From Podarcis erhardii (taxonomy: Eukaryota): 64,000 bases of DNA. Within the stretch, counting starts at the first letter, position 1; each line of letters opens with the position of its first letter. The notes beneath the pieces are model-generated. The model did no database searches, had not been told where the DNA came from, and worked only from the letters and a program-made list of their open reading frames with translations. Location: assembly GCA_964252035.1 (NCBI GenBank), contig OZ176203.1; one strand, given 5' to 3'. This document shows, piece by piece, positions 11,098-23,004 of this stretch. A program made the position numbers and the translations under genes.

Positions 11098-13919
11098 TAT
11101 GTGGGAGAGGCTGGGAGCCTGGCAGGCATCTCTTCATTTATTTTCTGAAATTATACTATCACCCAACTGGAAGATCACCTGACCCTAAGGGTCAAGGAGG
11201 CCAAGATTCCAAATTGGTGCTTGGGAAAACATGCTTGACATTTGGGATATGGATCCTATTTAATCAGTCCCTTGGCTCTACAGTTCCTTATTTCTTTAGG
11301 AAAAGCCGATAAAATACATACACAACAGAATCCACTCATGTCTGATGCTAATCTGTGCTTAACCTTCTCTACAGCTTCCACCCCCTTCCAGCTGGATTTT
11401 GACAGGTTAAGAAGTATCAGCCTGTCACAACTCTTCATTCTGAACAGTGTGTGCAGTTTTATTCCATCCCTTCTCAGAGAAGAACCAGTAATTCCATTCC
11501 TTCCTTAAATTCAGGATTGACAGTTCGAAGTGCTTAGAAAAAGAATCATCCAATATTCCTGTGCCTCTGTTTAATACTAGTCAAGGCGATCCATATAAAT
11601 ACTTACACCAAAATTCACTTTATATTTTGTCTTGCATTGTCTCCAAATGTGTATGTGCTTAAAAAACACCCAGAGATCACACATTCTGAACAGAGGTGTT
11701 TAAAGTATTACTAGCAATTTTTGTCTCCTCGTGTGTATCATAAAGGGACTTACCGCAAGTTATAATATAGGAACAATCACTAGAAGGGGTTAAGAATTTT
11801 GCTGAAATTTTCTCCTGCACAATGTCCTTATATACTCCAGTTCTAGGGCACTACTTGTATTCCAACTTTGTTATTACTGAATTTCTTTGTTACATCCCCA
11901 TTACCGCTTCTTAGCCTTTTTTCCCTCAGATAAGCAAGAGACACAGGAAGGAACCTGTATGAATGTGCTGCTCACATTACAATTTGCTATGCTAATGTTT
12001 ACTGAGCCTTGGACTGATATTCAGGAGATGGACCACACGTGCATGATATTTCCTATGCTAATCAAGACCTACCACAAAAGCTCTGCTTTGTTACTTCCTT
12101 TGGAAAAAAAACACTGGATAGCGCTGCGTGATACTCAATAAATATAACATGGCAAGGATAAACTTGGCCAAGCTGAAGAGATGAATAATCTTATTTTTAA
12201 TTTACTTAACATATTTTAACTGCCTCTTGGCTCTCTATTAAAACCTCATAAATTGGCCTTTGCTAAATGCTAATGAAAGTTACCCTTTCATTGCTATGGC
12301 AAAGGAAATTCAGTATCTGCTGCTCTGTAATATTCCCCACCCTTGCGCCTGCTGCTTCATTTACTTAGAAAATAAGTGGGCAAACGTGACCATTCCTTCC
12401 CTTCAACCATAATTATGTATGGTCTGTTTCTTGAAATTTCCTTCACCATAGTACTGAACTGGTAAACTTAACTGGCATTCAGCTAATGGTCTTAGGGCCA
12501 TTTCAAACACAAACAGAGGGGGAAATATGTATGCACTGCATAGTTCAGAATAATAGTCAAAATACTACTGAAATTACCTTTCCATTACTTCCGGAATGAA
12601 TTATTACACCCAATTTTACTAATTTCACTGACCAGTATTCAGCAAAGAGATGGGTCTGACCTATCCTCCTTCCTATCATCATCACAGTTCAGGTGAAACG
12701 AACCACAGAGATCACATTTTTACAAATGCTAAGTTTCCAGAATAAAAAATATTCCACACTCCAACCATATGTGTAAAAGCATTTCCGAAAAAAATAGAAA
12801 TAAAATGTCTCCCAAAATAAAATGGCATTTCAGATGCAATAGGAATAATTAGTGGCACTTTGCAAAAATTTAAAAAATAAAAACAGAACCAGGTATAATT
12901 TGAGGGTAGTGTGCATTTAGCAACATTGGTCTATCCTAAAAATAAGGGCTTCAATCTTAAACAATAAAAGCGGAGTAATATGAAAGTTGCATATATTTTC
13001 TACATGCCAAAATCTACTTCCTTTTACATTTGCAAACATCATATATTACTAAATTCATAAGGAGCCCCTAGGGAAACCCAAGTACAAAAGCAATCTCTGA
13101 GTAGGCCCATGCCACACAGTGGACAATGTGGTCAAACGCATTTCATATCCAGAGGGAGGAAAGGAGGGGGGAGAAGGAAGCAATGCGACTAGAACAGAGT
13201 CACAAGGCAGATGGCCAGTTTTATTAATCTGACCTTATTTGTCCAAGACCAGATCAAGATAACTGCTAAATGCACTGATGCTTCAAAATAATCCACAAAC
13301 CCTACAAATCTTAGATTTGCATATTTAAGATAAATACCAGATCCATTTGGAATTTCTATCAAGGATTTTGAAGATGTCTAATAGTCTTAATGACAATTTA
13401 TCCAGGGTGAACACATTGTACGGTCTTATGCACATCTTAAAGCAACTGCTCTATTGGGCTAGGAACTTTTCATTCACTATACATGGTAAGCGTACAGAAC
13501 CGTGTGTCAAAAACAGTCTTTGTGTATCATCCCCCATGATCTCAGATGACGATGCAGCACAAGCTTCATCTCTTGCTAATTAAACGAATCAATTAAGAGA
13601 CTATTGTTGCAACTGTGTAACTGCTGTTCTATAGTGGCAATAACAACCCCACAGGGAGGTCTTTTACTACATTAAAATGCTGTCCTCTACAACTCCATCT
13701 GATATTATTAGAAACAGTTATTTGCGTCTTGCTGTCATATTAGTAGCAGCAGCAAATTATGGAAATATGCAGACCAGAATGGTCCCAGTATGAGATCAGG
13801 TTTGGTTTTCAGCCTCCAAGGGTACAAATGCTGAAAATTCCAAAGTTCCCCAAAGTTCATTAATGGAACTGATAAATTTACCAGCACAGCAGCCATTTAG
13901 ATGCTAGGTAAGGGTCACA

Positions 13920-14059
13920 NNNNNNNNNNNNNNNNNNNNNNNNNNNNNNNNNNNNNNNNNNNNNNNNNNNNNNNNNNNNNNNNNNNNNNNNNNNNNNNNN
14001 NNNNNNNNNNNNNNNNNNNNNNNNNNNNNNNNNNNNNNNNNNNNNNNNNNNNNNNNNNN
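13920..14059. other. Assembly gap (N run)
   Basis: 140 N. Confidence 1.
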
Positions 14060-14626
14060 GCTTTGAAATCTAATTGTGGTGGTGTGCCAAGGGTCATATT
14101 AATAGCATTCTTCATGCTAAAGCTTTGTAAAAACATGTTTATTTTACTGATATCACTGAAGCTTAAAAGAATAATGAGAAATGAAGTATATTTATTATCA
14201 ATAAAAACTTAATTTAAAATGTACTTTGTGAGATTTAAATTAGGTTTATCTATTTCATTTTTATTTTGTTTCATTAAGCTCCCTGGTTAAGTTTCAGAAC
14301 CATATAAAGGAATATTCTTCTACAAGTCAAGCTGCAGTGGTGACAATCCTGTTTAAAAGAGGCAGGGGTATTCATTTCTCCTCCACTGTCTGGAGAGGTT
14401 CAAATTATACCACACGCCTAAGTATGGCAGAGAGCAACAGTTTTAAAACCATACAATATGTTTTTAATTCCTTCCCAACCAATCTGTCTTTGGGCAGAAC
14501 TATATATGAATGTGTGAATATGTGAGCAATCATCTGATGGCTACAACTAGAGAATAGCTGCAGGGCCAACGAGGATGGGGGGAAGCTAGTACAAATTACC
14601 AGGGCCCAGTAGTCCAGAAGAGGACT

Positions 14627-14716
14627 AAAACTGAACAGATGCAAGTCCAAATCTCCAATCAGGCATAAGGCTCAGGGCTGATGCAAGGATAGGGGTAGAG
14701 GGCGACTATGCATGCC
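14627..14716 (+). repeat. 90-bp direct repeat, copy A (copy B at 16621-16710)
   Basis: 84/90 identical to 16621-16710. Flanked on both sides by GCCCAG(T/C)AGTCCAGAAGAGGAC. Confidence 0.9.
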
Positions 14717-15803
14717 CAGCAGTCCAGAAGAGGACCTGACTACTATGTGTTTTACGTGATCCTTAACAAGATAAATATGTCATGATCAATGCACACACAA
14801 TTCTGAACAACTTGCAAATTTGTGCTGTGAACAGAGCATTTCCAAGTATTCTCGACTCTATATGAATATTTGCTTCTGCACTTTGACAGTATTATAGTGC
14901 AAACTCGTTTTATTATGTGCAGCTGCACTTGCATGTTTTTGTAATGTGTATACAACAAAGTTGTGTTGCACATATACACTTACAAGTGTATGGTTAGTTT
15001 AGCAACAATCAATCATGTGGGTGAAGAGAAAAAGGAAAGGGGAGATTAAAATTTTCCCTGCATGCTGCTTTCCCTCTGAATCTGCCCTAAAGTTGATTTT
15101 CTTCTTGCTTAATTCCAGATGTTCCCCATCAAACAACCTTCCAGATTTCCTTGAGGAGGGCAGCAGGGGGAAAGTAGCAGGCGAGTAAAGCCTAAAGCTT
15201 TGATATTAATATTTTATTTGGTTTCAAGATTCAAAATGACATCTTAATACTAAATAATTATAATCCTGTTTAAAATACTAATGTCTTCCCACTCACCCAT
15301 CCTCGATGTTTATAAATGCAATTACAAACAACTGCATTTTAAAGTTCCCACATATCAAGTTTCATCCTCTTTAACAGGTTTCTTAAGATAATCTAATATT
15401 TTCTTTCCTTGAACTTCAAACCCCACTAAAGCTGATCCTCCTCAACTCTGGCTCTGAACTTCCTCTTTCCAAAGTTGCTTTTCCACAGAAGCATCCTTCA
15501 GGATTTCGTTACATACAGTTGCATGTAATATGCAACTCTGCAGATATAATGTTTTGAGCATGTTGGTTCCAGTTTCAAAACAAACAAGCTGCATAAACAG
15601 TTGGGCTGTGTTAGGGAAGCCCAACACGCAATGAGTTTCTTCTCGTGTGTGTTTGTGTGTGTAGCATTAAATGTATCTATTTTATTCACAGAATGACAAG
15701 GTTGAATTTAGGTTGGATTTTTGTTATAATGGATATTGGTTTTATGCTGTACATAGTGTACACTGCTTAAGAGATATTTAAAACATTAATTGGTTTAGAA
15801 ATG

Positions 15804-15804
<1 letters not shown>

Positions 15805-15860
<56 letters not shown>
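15805..15860. repeat. (ATT)n microsatellite
   Basis: About 18 perfect units. Confidence 0.98.
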
Positions 15861-15861
<1 letters not shown>

Positions 15862-16034
15862 CTGCCCTATACCCACAGGTTTCATGGTGGTTCAAAATAA
15901 CCTAGTGTTGCTATTATTTCTTAATTTATATGCTGCTGAATTGCCAAGTTGGGTTCTAAGCACTTCACAAGCATAAAACTGATTACAAAAAGTCCACATA
16001 CAAACACACAGAGAGAGCAGGTATTAGTACTCAC

Positions 16035-16088
16035 CACTGTGCCAAGGAACTGAATGCTAAGATTTCCACCTGCATCACGGGAAAGGCA
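16035..16088 (-). CDS. PCCA: PCCA coding exon, equivalent to human exon 21 (54 nt, phase 0-0)
   Basis: TTCATTGGTTTCTTCTAG|TGC CTT...ACA GTG|GTGAGT. Translates CLSRDAGGNLSIQFLGTV versus human CLSREAGGNMSIQFLGTV (recalled). Confidence 0.97.
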
Positions 16089-16620
16089 CTAGAAGAAACC
16101 AATGAACAGCAATTACATTATGTTCTATAAACCGAAGCAATAGTTGCCCCCATTCCAGAGTGCTAGCAAAGTTACATTTTATGAGACAAGGATACATATA
16201 CACAAAGTTATTTATTTCAGAAATAGTCTGAGTTTGCATGCAATGCTAAGCCTAACCATGGCTTAACATGAACAGGTAAGTGTGACGGTATTCATGCTAA
16301 AAACTGCAGCCACTTTGCTCCTCACCTGGTCCTCCTACTGTCGTGCTAACCAGTTAAGCCACAATTTGGCTTAGTGCTGTGTCCACACCCAGGCTTGTGG
16401 CTTGCATTTCGCAGACAAACTAGGAGCAGTAAGTCATAGAACAAACCTTGGCTACAGCTCATGATATCTCTGGAGCAAAGCAAACCATAAGCTCAGGTTT
16501 GACTATAATGGGTTGCAGGACAGCAGCAAAGAGGGAAGTGGCTCTAGGTTTGGCTTAGCCTTATGTGCAAACTGACCCAGGACTCTACTTGAGCCAATAC
16601 AGATTAGCGGTTAGAGTATT

Positions 16621-16710
16621 AAAACTGAAGAGATGCAAATCCAAATCTTCAATCAGGCATAAGGCTCAGGGCTGATGCAAGGATAGGGGCAGGGGGCAAC
16701 TATGCATGCC
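16621..16710 (+). repeat. 90-bp direct repeat, copy B, running into a GC-rich hAT-like MITE remnant that extends to ~16800
   Basis: Aligned by eye to 14627-14716. CAGGGCTGATGC...GCACCAGCCCG imperfect inverted ends. Confidence 0.85.
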
Positions 16711-17355
16711 ACCCTGAACTACTTGGGGGAGGGGCAGGGGGTGCCATCTAAGAGGGGCCGAGGGCCCCCCAATTTTCAAGGACGCACGCACCAGCCCGCT
16801 CAATTGGGGGGGGGGGGACAAGCCAGCACACCTGAGCAGGGAGGTGCAGAAGCAGCAGTAATTCTGAAGATCCTCATTTACACTTCCCCTACAAGATTAA
16901 CATTCTTATTAAAAAGTAGGTTCACCTCCACTTTGAAACAAAGATGAAAAATTGCTCATATTCAAAGCAAGAAGCCTGATCCTTCTGTTTTCACACAACA
17001 AACCATTAAGAGGGCAGAGACTAGCATAGAATATATTAACAGTAAATTGGACTGCAAAAGTCATGAACGGCAAATGTTCTTTGAGAAGTTTTGACATATG
17101 GTATTTTAATTGTTAGTTCCTTATTTTCCACATGGTATTTTAGTCGCACCATAACCCCGCAAGGTAGATTATGCAGAGAGATGGCAATGAGTTTCACAAC
17201 TTTCCAAGGATTTGAATCTGAATTCCCCCATGCCAAATTTCAATACTTAAAACTACAGGAACATCACTTTATGCAATTAACCTGAAAAAAGCATAAAGCC
17301 TTGTAGGGAAATGTTATATAAATGTCTGCTTATGTTCACGTTTGAAGGAAAAAAT

Positions 17356-18025
17356 TGTATGTGACCTGTGTGTTTGTCCATGTCTGAGGCCTACTATACC
17401 ACTGGCCATAACTGCTTGGTGAAAAGTTCGGAGTGGAGAAAGAGACCGTCACTTTGGCAATTTATTATCTGGAACAGGCAGATTCAGTCTAATACGTCTG
17501 GGTGACAGCAGACTGGCTGGAGGCTCTACTCAGTTGGGAGTTAATTGACGGTGAGGAACACAGTTGACATTGGTCAGCTGAGCAGTTGATGAAAGGTGTG
17601 TAGACAACTCCCCAGAGAATATTAATACTCAGTGTCATATTAATACTTGTCTGGTGAAGATCGTAAGATGGAAGCTGGTGTTAGTCTGAGAGGCTGCCTC
17701 TGAAAAGTCTTAGCAGAGGAAGGTTAGACAAGTAGGGTTTTTAAGTTAGCCAAATCAAGCAGCCAGAAGTACAATCCGGAGGCAGTTTGTCCCTAGCCGC
17801 TGGACTGGGATGTGGGAGAATTTGGCTGGGGTGGAGATTTAAGGAATTTGGCCTCAGGTAAATAAAAGCCACTTAGAAGCTGCTGTCAGTGCCAGTGTCT
17901 CTTGAGTCTCCACAAACTGTCAACGAGCACCTTCAAGATCCCAGTGTAAATATCAGTATTCCCTTATAGACATAATAGCGAATCCTGACTCCACTCGGTG
18001 TCCATCTCATGCCTAAGCCTACATC
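17356..18025. mobile_element. Possible solo-LTR-like repeat
   Basis: Composition shift with a TG start, a candidate CA end and an internal AATAAA. No TSD found, so boundaries are uncertain. Confidence 0.25.
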
Positions 18026-18295
18026 ACGAGCTACTAGGAGGTCCCAAAAACAATCTGTGAATTGATAGCAGTGAAAAATTTGAAAAGCACAGGTGCTTAA
18101 AGCTATTTAGACAAAGTAAGGTGGAGGAACAGGTATCCGTTACATCTGTGAAGTTCTAAACACACAGGCAAATAGAATAATTGCAAAGCTATGTATGTTA
18201 TCTAAAATATTTTAAAGATCTGCAGCACAGACAATCTGCTCTGTACAAAGCAATGTTTACTGGCAGCAGGTCTTCCTTCTAGACATCCTCTATAG

Positions 18296-18605
18296 CAGGG
18301 GTCAGCAAACTTTTTCAGCAGGGGGCCAGTCCACTGTCCCTCAAACCTTGTGTGGGGCCCGACTATATTTTGAAAAAAGAACGAATTCCTATGCCCCACA
18401 AATAACCCAGAGATGCATTTTAAATAAAAACACACATTCTACTCATGTAAAAACACCAGGCAGGCCCCACAAATAACCCAGAGATGTATTTTAAATAAAA
18501 GGGCACATTCTGTAAAAACATGCTGATTCCTGGACAGTCTGCGGGCCGGATTTAGAAGGTGATTGGGCCAGATCTGGCCCCTGGGCCTTAGTTTGCCTAT
18601 CCATG
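18296..18605. mobile_element. hAT (Charlie-type) MITE with internal tandem duplication
   Basis: TIRs CAGGGGTCAGCAAACT / AGTTTGCCTATCCATG. 8-bp TSD CTCTATAG/ATCTATAG. CCCCACAAATAACCCAGAGATG(C/T)ATTTTAAATAAAA occurs twice inside. Confidence 0.88.
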
Positions 18606-20179
18606 ATCTATAGCAACACTTTATGAAGCAACACCTTCTTCGAAATCTCTTTTTCTCAGCTGATGGGTCATTTAGTGGCACTCCAATCTTTACAGCCACA
18701 GGAAACATTGGAGAATGTGCCAAGTCTTGACATATTTCAACTAAAATGATTAATGGAGTGGAAAATATGGGAAACAAAATTTCATACAAAAATCCTGACA
18801 TTTGTGTTTATAAGGGAAACAGGAATATACACTTTTCCCCACAGACTGGGAGAAACACAATCAAGTTTTGGAAACAACAAAGGAGAACAAAGTACCAGCT
18901 GCTTACAATGAAGCAACCGTATGCCAAAACAAACAGGTACAGAATACTTGATAAGCTGTCAAAATTGAATCTATTTTTTTTAATGGAATAACCTTCTCCC
19001 ACATTAAACATCTTGTCATTGATTTCACCACCACCACCCCAGGTTTTGCAAACTAGACTGACTGGGGTTTTTTTTCCTGGTTTTGCGAGCTACTTACTAG
19101 TAGGAGGCAATTTCCAGTCAGGGTTGGTTGGGAATAGGAGAAAGAAGAGGGGGGAAAGGAAGAAGATAAGGCAACAGGTCCTTGTTATTTAAAAAATGAA
19201 TAAATGAGAGGTGGGGAAAAGAGAAATATAAGAAGCTAAGGAAGGAGAGAAAGAAAAACAAAGAGGAAAACGCTATGTGCTTTAGTGGAGGCAGGGACTA
19301 AACTGAAGGATGAAGGAGAGAGAAGAGACATGCAAGTCAACCAGCCACATATCCCTGCCCTGGGTGCTCGAAAGGGGTAGAACCCAATAAGCAGATGTCG
19401 CCCATGCAAACCTGAGACCCTGCATTGCAAATATGGTCCCCTGATGCACCAGTTCATACAATGCTGGCTCCATCTCCTTGCACTTTTTACTGCTTGCATA
19501 CTCAGAGAGGGTGAGTGAACAAGAACAGTGTTAGAAACTGAGATATGAAATCTAGGAGCTACATGGCACCTTAAACCTTAGGTTATGGGCGCAACAGCAG
19601 AATGTCTAGGCGCACTTTTTTTAATAACAAGAATACAAAGCTGAAAAGGGATGGACTGCAGCTAAATTATTATGTTCATTTTTCACATGGTCTAGTCCTT
19701 CCCCCACCCCCCACCCCTAATATTCTTAAGAGGGTCTCTTCACCAGTCTTCCAAGAGTGGCTGGAAGTGGGGGAAGCAGAAAAAGATCCTCCTTTCCTTC
19801 CACTCTGCTGTTTTAATCTGAAATCTTAGGCAGAGTACTGCGCCCAGAGCTCGCACTAATGCGATTCCCTTTTGCAAAATGCGCCTAGAACAATGGGAGT
19901 TTCGAACACTGAACAGGAGGCAGAAACATCCTCCAAATCACCTGGAAGACCATGTCAGGACTTTAGCGCTTACTACCTGTAACTGAAGATAAATTTCAAT
20001 GTATTGTGGTAAACAGTGTTTTGTGTTTTTTTGTTTTTTTGTTTGTTTGTTTTTTTAAACTACCTACCACCAACCCACCCCCTGCTTTTATTAGATGTTA
20101 TTTTGTTGCTGCTGCTGTTAGTGTTGTTTGGACAATTAAAAATATTATTATTAAAAATAGAGCGAGAGAGAAAGTGCAC

Positions 20180-20354
20180 TACTGGTTAGTTCAGTTGGTT
20201 AGAGCATGGTGCTAATAACGCCAAGGTTGCATATTTGCATATGGGCCACCTGCATATTCCTGCATTGCAGGGGGCTGAATCAGAAGTTCCTCAAGATCCC
20301 TTCCAACTCTATGAATTCCCTTCCAAGATCCCTTCCAACTCTATGATTCTATGA
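20180..20354 (+). mobile_element. SINE or chimeric retrocopy with tRNA-Ile(AAT)-derived head and CR1-derived tail
   Basis: CTGGTTAGTTCAGTTGGTTAGAGCATGGTGCTAATAACGCCAAGGTTGC matches the 5' two-thirds of tRNA-Ile-AAT, with a decayed T-arm. Then ATTCCTGCATTGCAGGGGG..CCCTTCCAACTCTATGATTCTATGA, with the tail partly duplicated. Confidence 0.8.
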
Positions 20355-20945
20355 ATAGGCAGGGACAATAAGGAGGTGTTGCAGCAGGACCAGAATGCTC
20401 TGGAGATTGACAGCAGGGCCCCTGCAGGTTGTGGCCTTTGGCAAGCGCCCAAAGAAGCCTACCCAGGAACAATGCTTTTGATTTCAGGGGCAGTTTCACA
20501 TTCAGATTGCATACTTTAATTCATTCAAATGTTTTTAAGGCTCTTCTGGAGCTGAGGCCACATTGTGTGGCTTAGAAACCTTGGCATCAGATTCCGCTAA
20601 TAGATTCTTGTCTGGAAAACACTGCAGTTGTTGAAAAGAATCCAGATATTTGTAACAGCTAGCACAGGCCTATTTCAACGGGATTTATGACTCCTCTAAA
20701 CTTGTTGAGTGCCCTAATCAACACACATTATCTGAAATACAAAAATCAGAACACTTCAAGGTGTGAATGGAAAAGTATGATGTACTTAATGAGCATACAA
20801 GAAATGCTGATTATGGAGCAGCTGCAAAGTGCCAATTATTTGGCAGCTCTTGCTATACAAGCAGTGTTGACCTTTCCATCTTTGCTCTTGGTAAATTTTG
20901 TTTAGTATAATTTGCAACACAGCATCCGAATTTGTACAGTAGGAC

Positions 20946-21003
20946 AGGAAGGAAGGAAGGAAGGAAGGAAGGAAGGAAGGAAGGAAGGAAGGAAGGAAGG
21001 AAG
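20946..21003. repeat. (GGAA)n microsatellite
   Basis: About 14 perfect units. Confidence 0.98.
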
Positions 21004-21123
21004 ACCTATGACACTCAGGGTGAGAACCTGAGAGAGGGCAAGTTTGCTTTGGTGGTAACAGGAGGAGGAGTGTTGTAGCAGTATTACTGTCTTCCACAGG
21101 ACAGCATGGGATGCACCTCTTCT

Positions 21124-21478
21124 AGGTAAAGGTAAAGGGACCCATGACCATTAGGTCCAGTCGTAGCCAACTCTGGGGTTGCAGCACTCATCTCGCTTTA
21201 TTGGTCGAGGGAGCCGGCGTACAACTTCCGGATCATGTGGCCAGCCTGACTAAGCCGCTTCTGGCAAACCAGAGCAGCGCACGGAAATGCCGTTTACCTT
21301 CCCGCCGGAGCGGTACCTATTTATCTACTTGCACTTTGACGTGCTTTCAAACTGCTAGGTTGGCAGGAGCAGGGACCGAGCAACGGGAGCTCAGCCCGTC
21401 GCAGGGATTCAAACCGCCGACCTTCTGATTGGCAAGCCCTAGGCTCTGTGGTTTAACCCACAGCGCCACCCGCATGCC
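21124..21478 (-). mobile_element. Sauria SINE
   Basis: Reverse complement of the family. TSD TGCACCTCTTCT at 21112 and 21479. Confidence 0.93.
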
Positions 21479-22019
21479 TGCACCTCTTCTACTGGGCCTT
21501 AATTTATTATCTTGTGGCCCAGCTGCACACAGTGATTTCAGATGATTCTGCTAGGATATGTCTGGATGGGCAAGTAGATACGAAGATGCTGCCCCAATTT
21601 CAAAAGGCACAGAACTGACACTGACAGCCTAAGGAAACTGAAAGCAGAAATATGTTCATTCGTAATTATATTGGAAATTTATGTTGTTTCACAACCAGAA
21701 GAGCTGCTGGCACAACTGTTATAGATGAATGATTGACCTTTATGGAGACAGGCATGAAACCATGCAACAATTATGCTAAAGAACACAATGAACATAAAAT
21801 CTGATTTAGTAAACCTATACCCCAATGCAGGTTTTTCTTTAATTGATATACAAGTGAGGTTAAATGGTTAGATACAAACCCTAGTTGCAGTGCTTATTCT
21901 CATAGGTTTTCATCTGAAATTCGAACCAATTTCTTCTAGATTTAGAGAGCCTCAACAAGAAACACTTGAACATGATTCTTGACCTATGCAAGAATGAATT
22001 GTCCTAGCATTCTCTGGAG

Positions 22020-22152
22020 CAGCTATTTCACTAAATAGCTTTCCCCCTAGAAAATAGGTGCTGGGACACACCATGAAGTTGTTACAGTGTCACACGTTTT
22101 TACAACAAAAAAGAGGTGCCAGTACTGTATGCCGTTGAGTACCCCCTTGGGA
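22020..22152. mobile_element. Short degenerate hAT-like MITE
   Basis: Repeated GGTGC(T/C)(G/A)G(G/T)AC core and a terminal AGCACTG. Confidence 0.4.
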
Positions 22153-22432
22153 GGGAGCACTGATGTCAATGAAGAAGACAACAGGACTGAAACTTATCTG
22201 GCAACTGGAATTATTATTCACCATACATACTGATGATAACGTTCATACCCCTGCTTTCTATTCTTTCACTGTATGTGATTCTGTATCTGCATTCACCAGA
22301 AAGGGGAAGATTAAATCCTATATGATAATACCATGGGAAGAAAATTTTCTTTTGGCATTTCTAAACTTATGAGACACCAATACTATTTTCTATACAACAT
22401 TCATGCATTTGGGAGTCAGTAGGCTACATTAT

Positions 22433-22785
22433 GGAATGCAGGTGGCACTGTAGGTTAAACCACAGAGCCTAGGACTTGCCAATCAGAAGGCCGGCGGTTC
22501 GAATCCCCGCGACGGGGTGAGCTCCTGTTGCTCGGTCCCTGCTCCTGCCAACCTAGCAGTTCGAAAGCACGTCAAAGTGCAAGTAGATAAATAGGTACCG
22601 CTCCAGCGGGAAGGTAAACGGCATTTCCGTGTGCTGCTCTGGTTCTCCAGAAGTGGCTTAGTCCTGCTGGCCACATGACCCGGAAGCTGTACACCGCTTC
22701 CCTCGGCCAATAAAGCGAGATGAGCGCCGCAACCCCAGAGTTGGCCACAACTGGACCTAATGGTCAGGGGTCCCTTTACCTTTAC
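22433..22785 (+). mobile_element. Sauria SINE inserted into the 5' end of an older MIR/Squam3-like SINE
   Basis: Full head and (ACCTTT)n tail. TSD GCTACAT(T/C)ATGG at 22423 and 22786. Confidence 0.92.
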
Positions 22786-23004
22786 GCTACATCATGGTTA
22801 GAGTGCTGAACGGGGACTGATCAGACCCAGGTACAAATCTCACCTCAGTTATGAAAGCTTAGTAGCAGACCTTCAGCCAGTCACTGCCTTTCAACCCAAC
22901 CTATTTCACAAGGTTTTTGTAAGGCTAAAATTGGGACCGGAGGCATGTGTGCCCCCCTGAGCTCCCTGGGAAAAGGGCGAGAAAAAACTGTAATAAATAA
23001 TAAA
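22786..23004 (+). mobile_element. Older MIR/Squam3-like tRNA SINE (5' piece at 22411-22432)
   Basis: GGGAGTCAGT...ATGGTTAGAGTGCTG head split by the Sauria SINE. Core CAGTCACTGCCTTTCAACCCAACCTATTTCACAAGG and an (AAT)n tail. Confidence 0.6.

Noticed and set aside
13341-13485. Plus-strand open frame ending in CATG|GTAAGC
   Set aside because: Poor acceptor and an unrecognisable peptide.
1-16034. Search for PCCA exon 22 (..AAELNKFMLEK..RSPMPG..)
   Set aside because: No match found by eye. It is presumably beyond the window start, since this intron is long in human.
20180-20250. Possible functional tRNA-Ile(AAT) gene
   Set aside because: The T-arm and box B are destroyed and it runs into a CR1 tail, so it is a SINE or retro-chimera.
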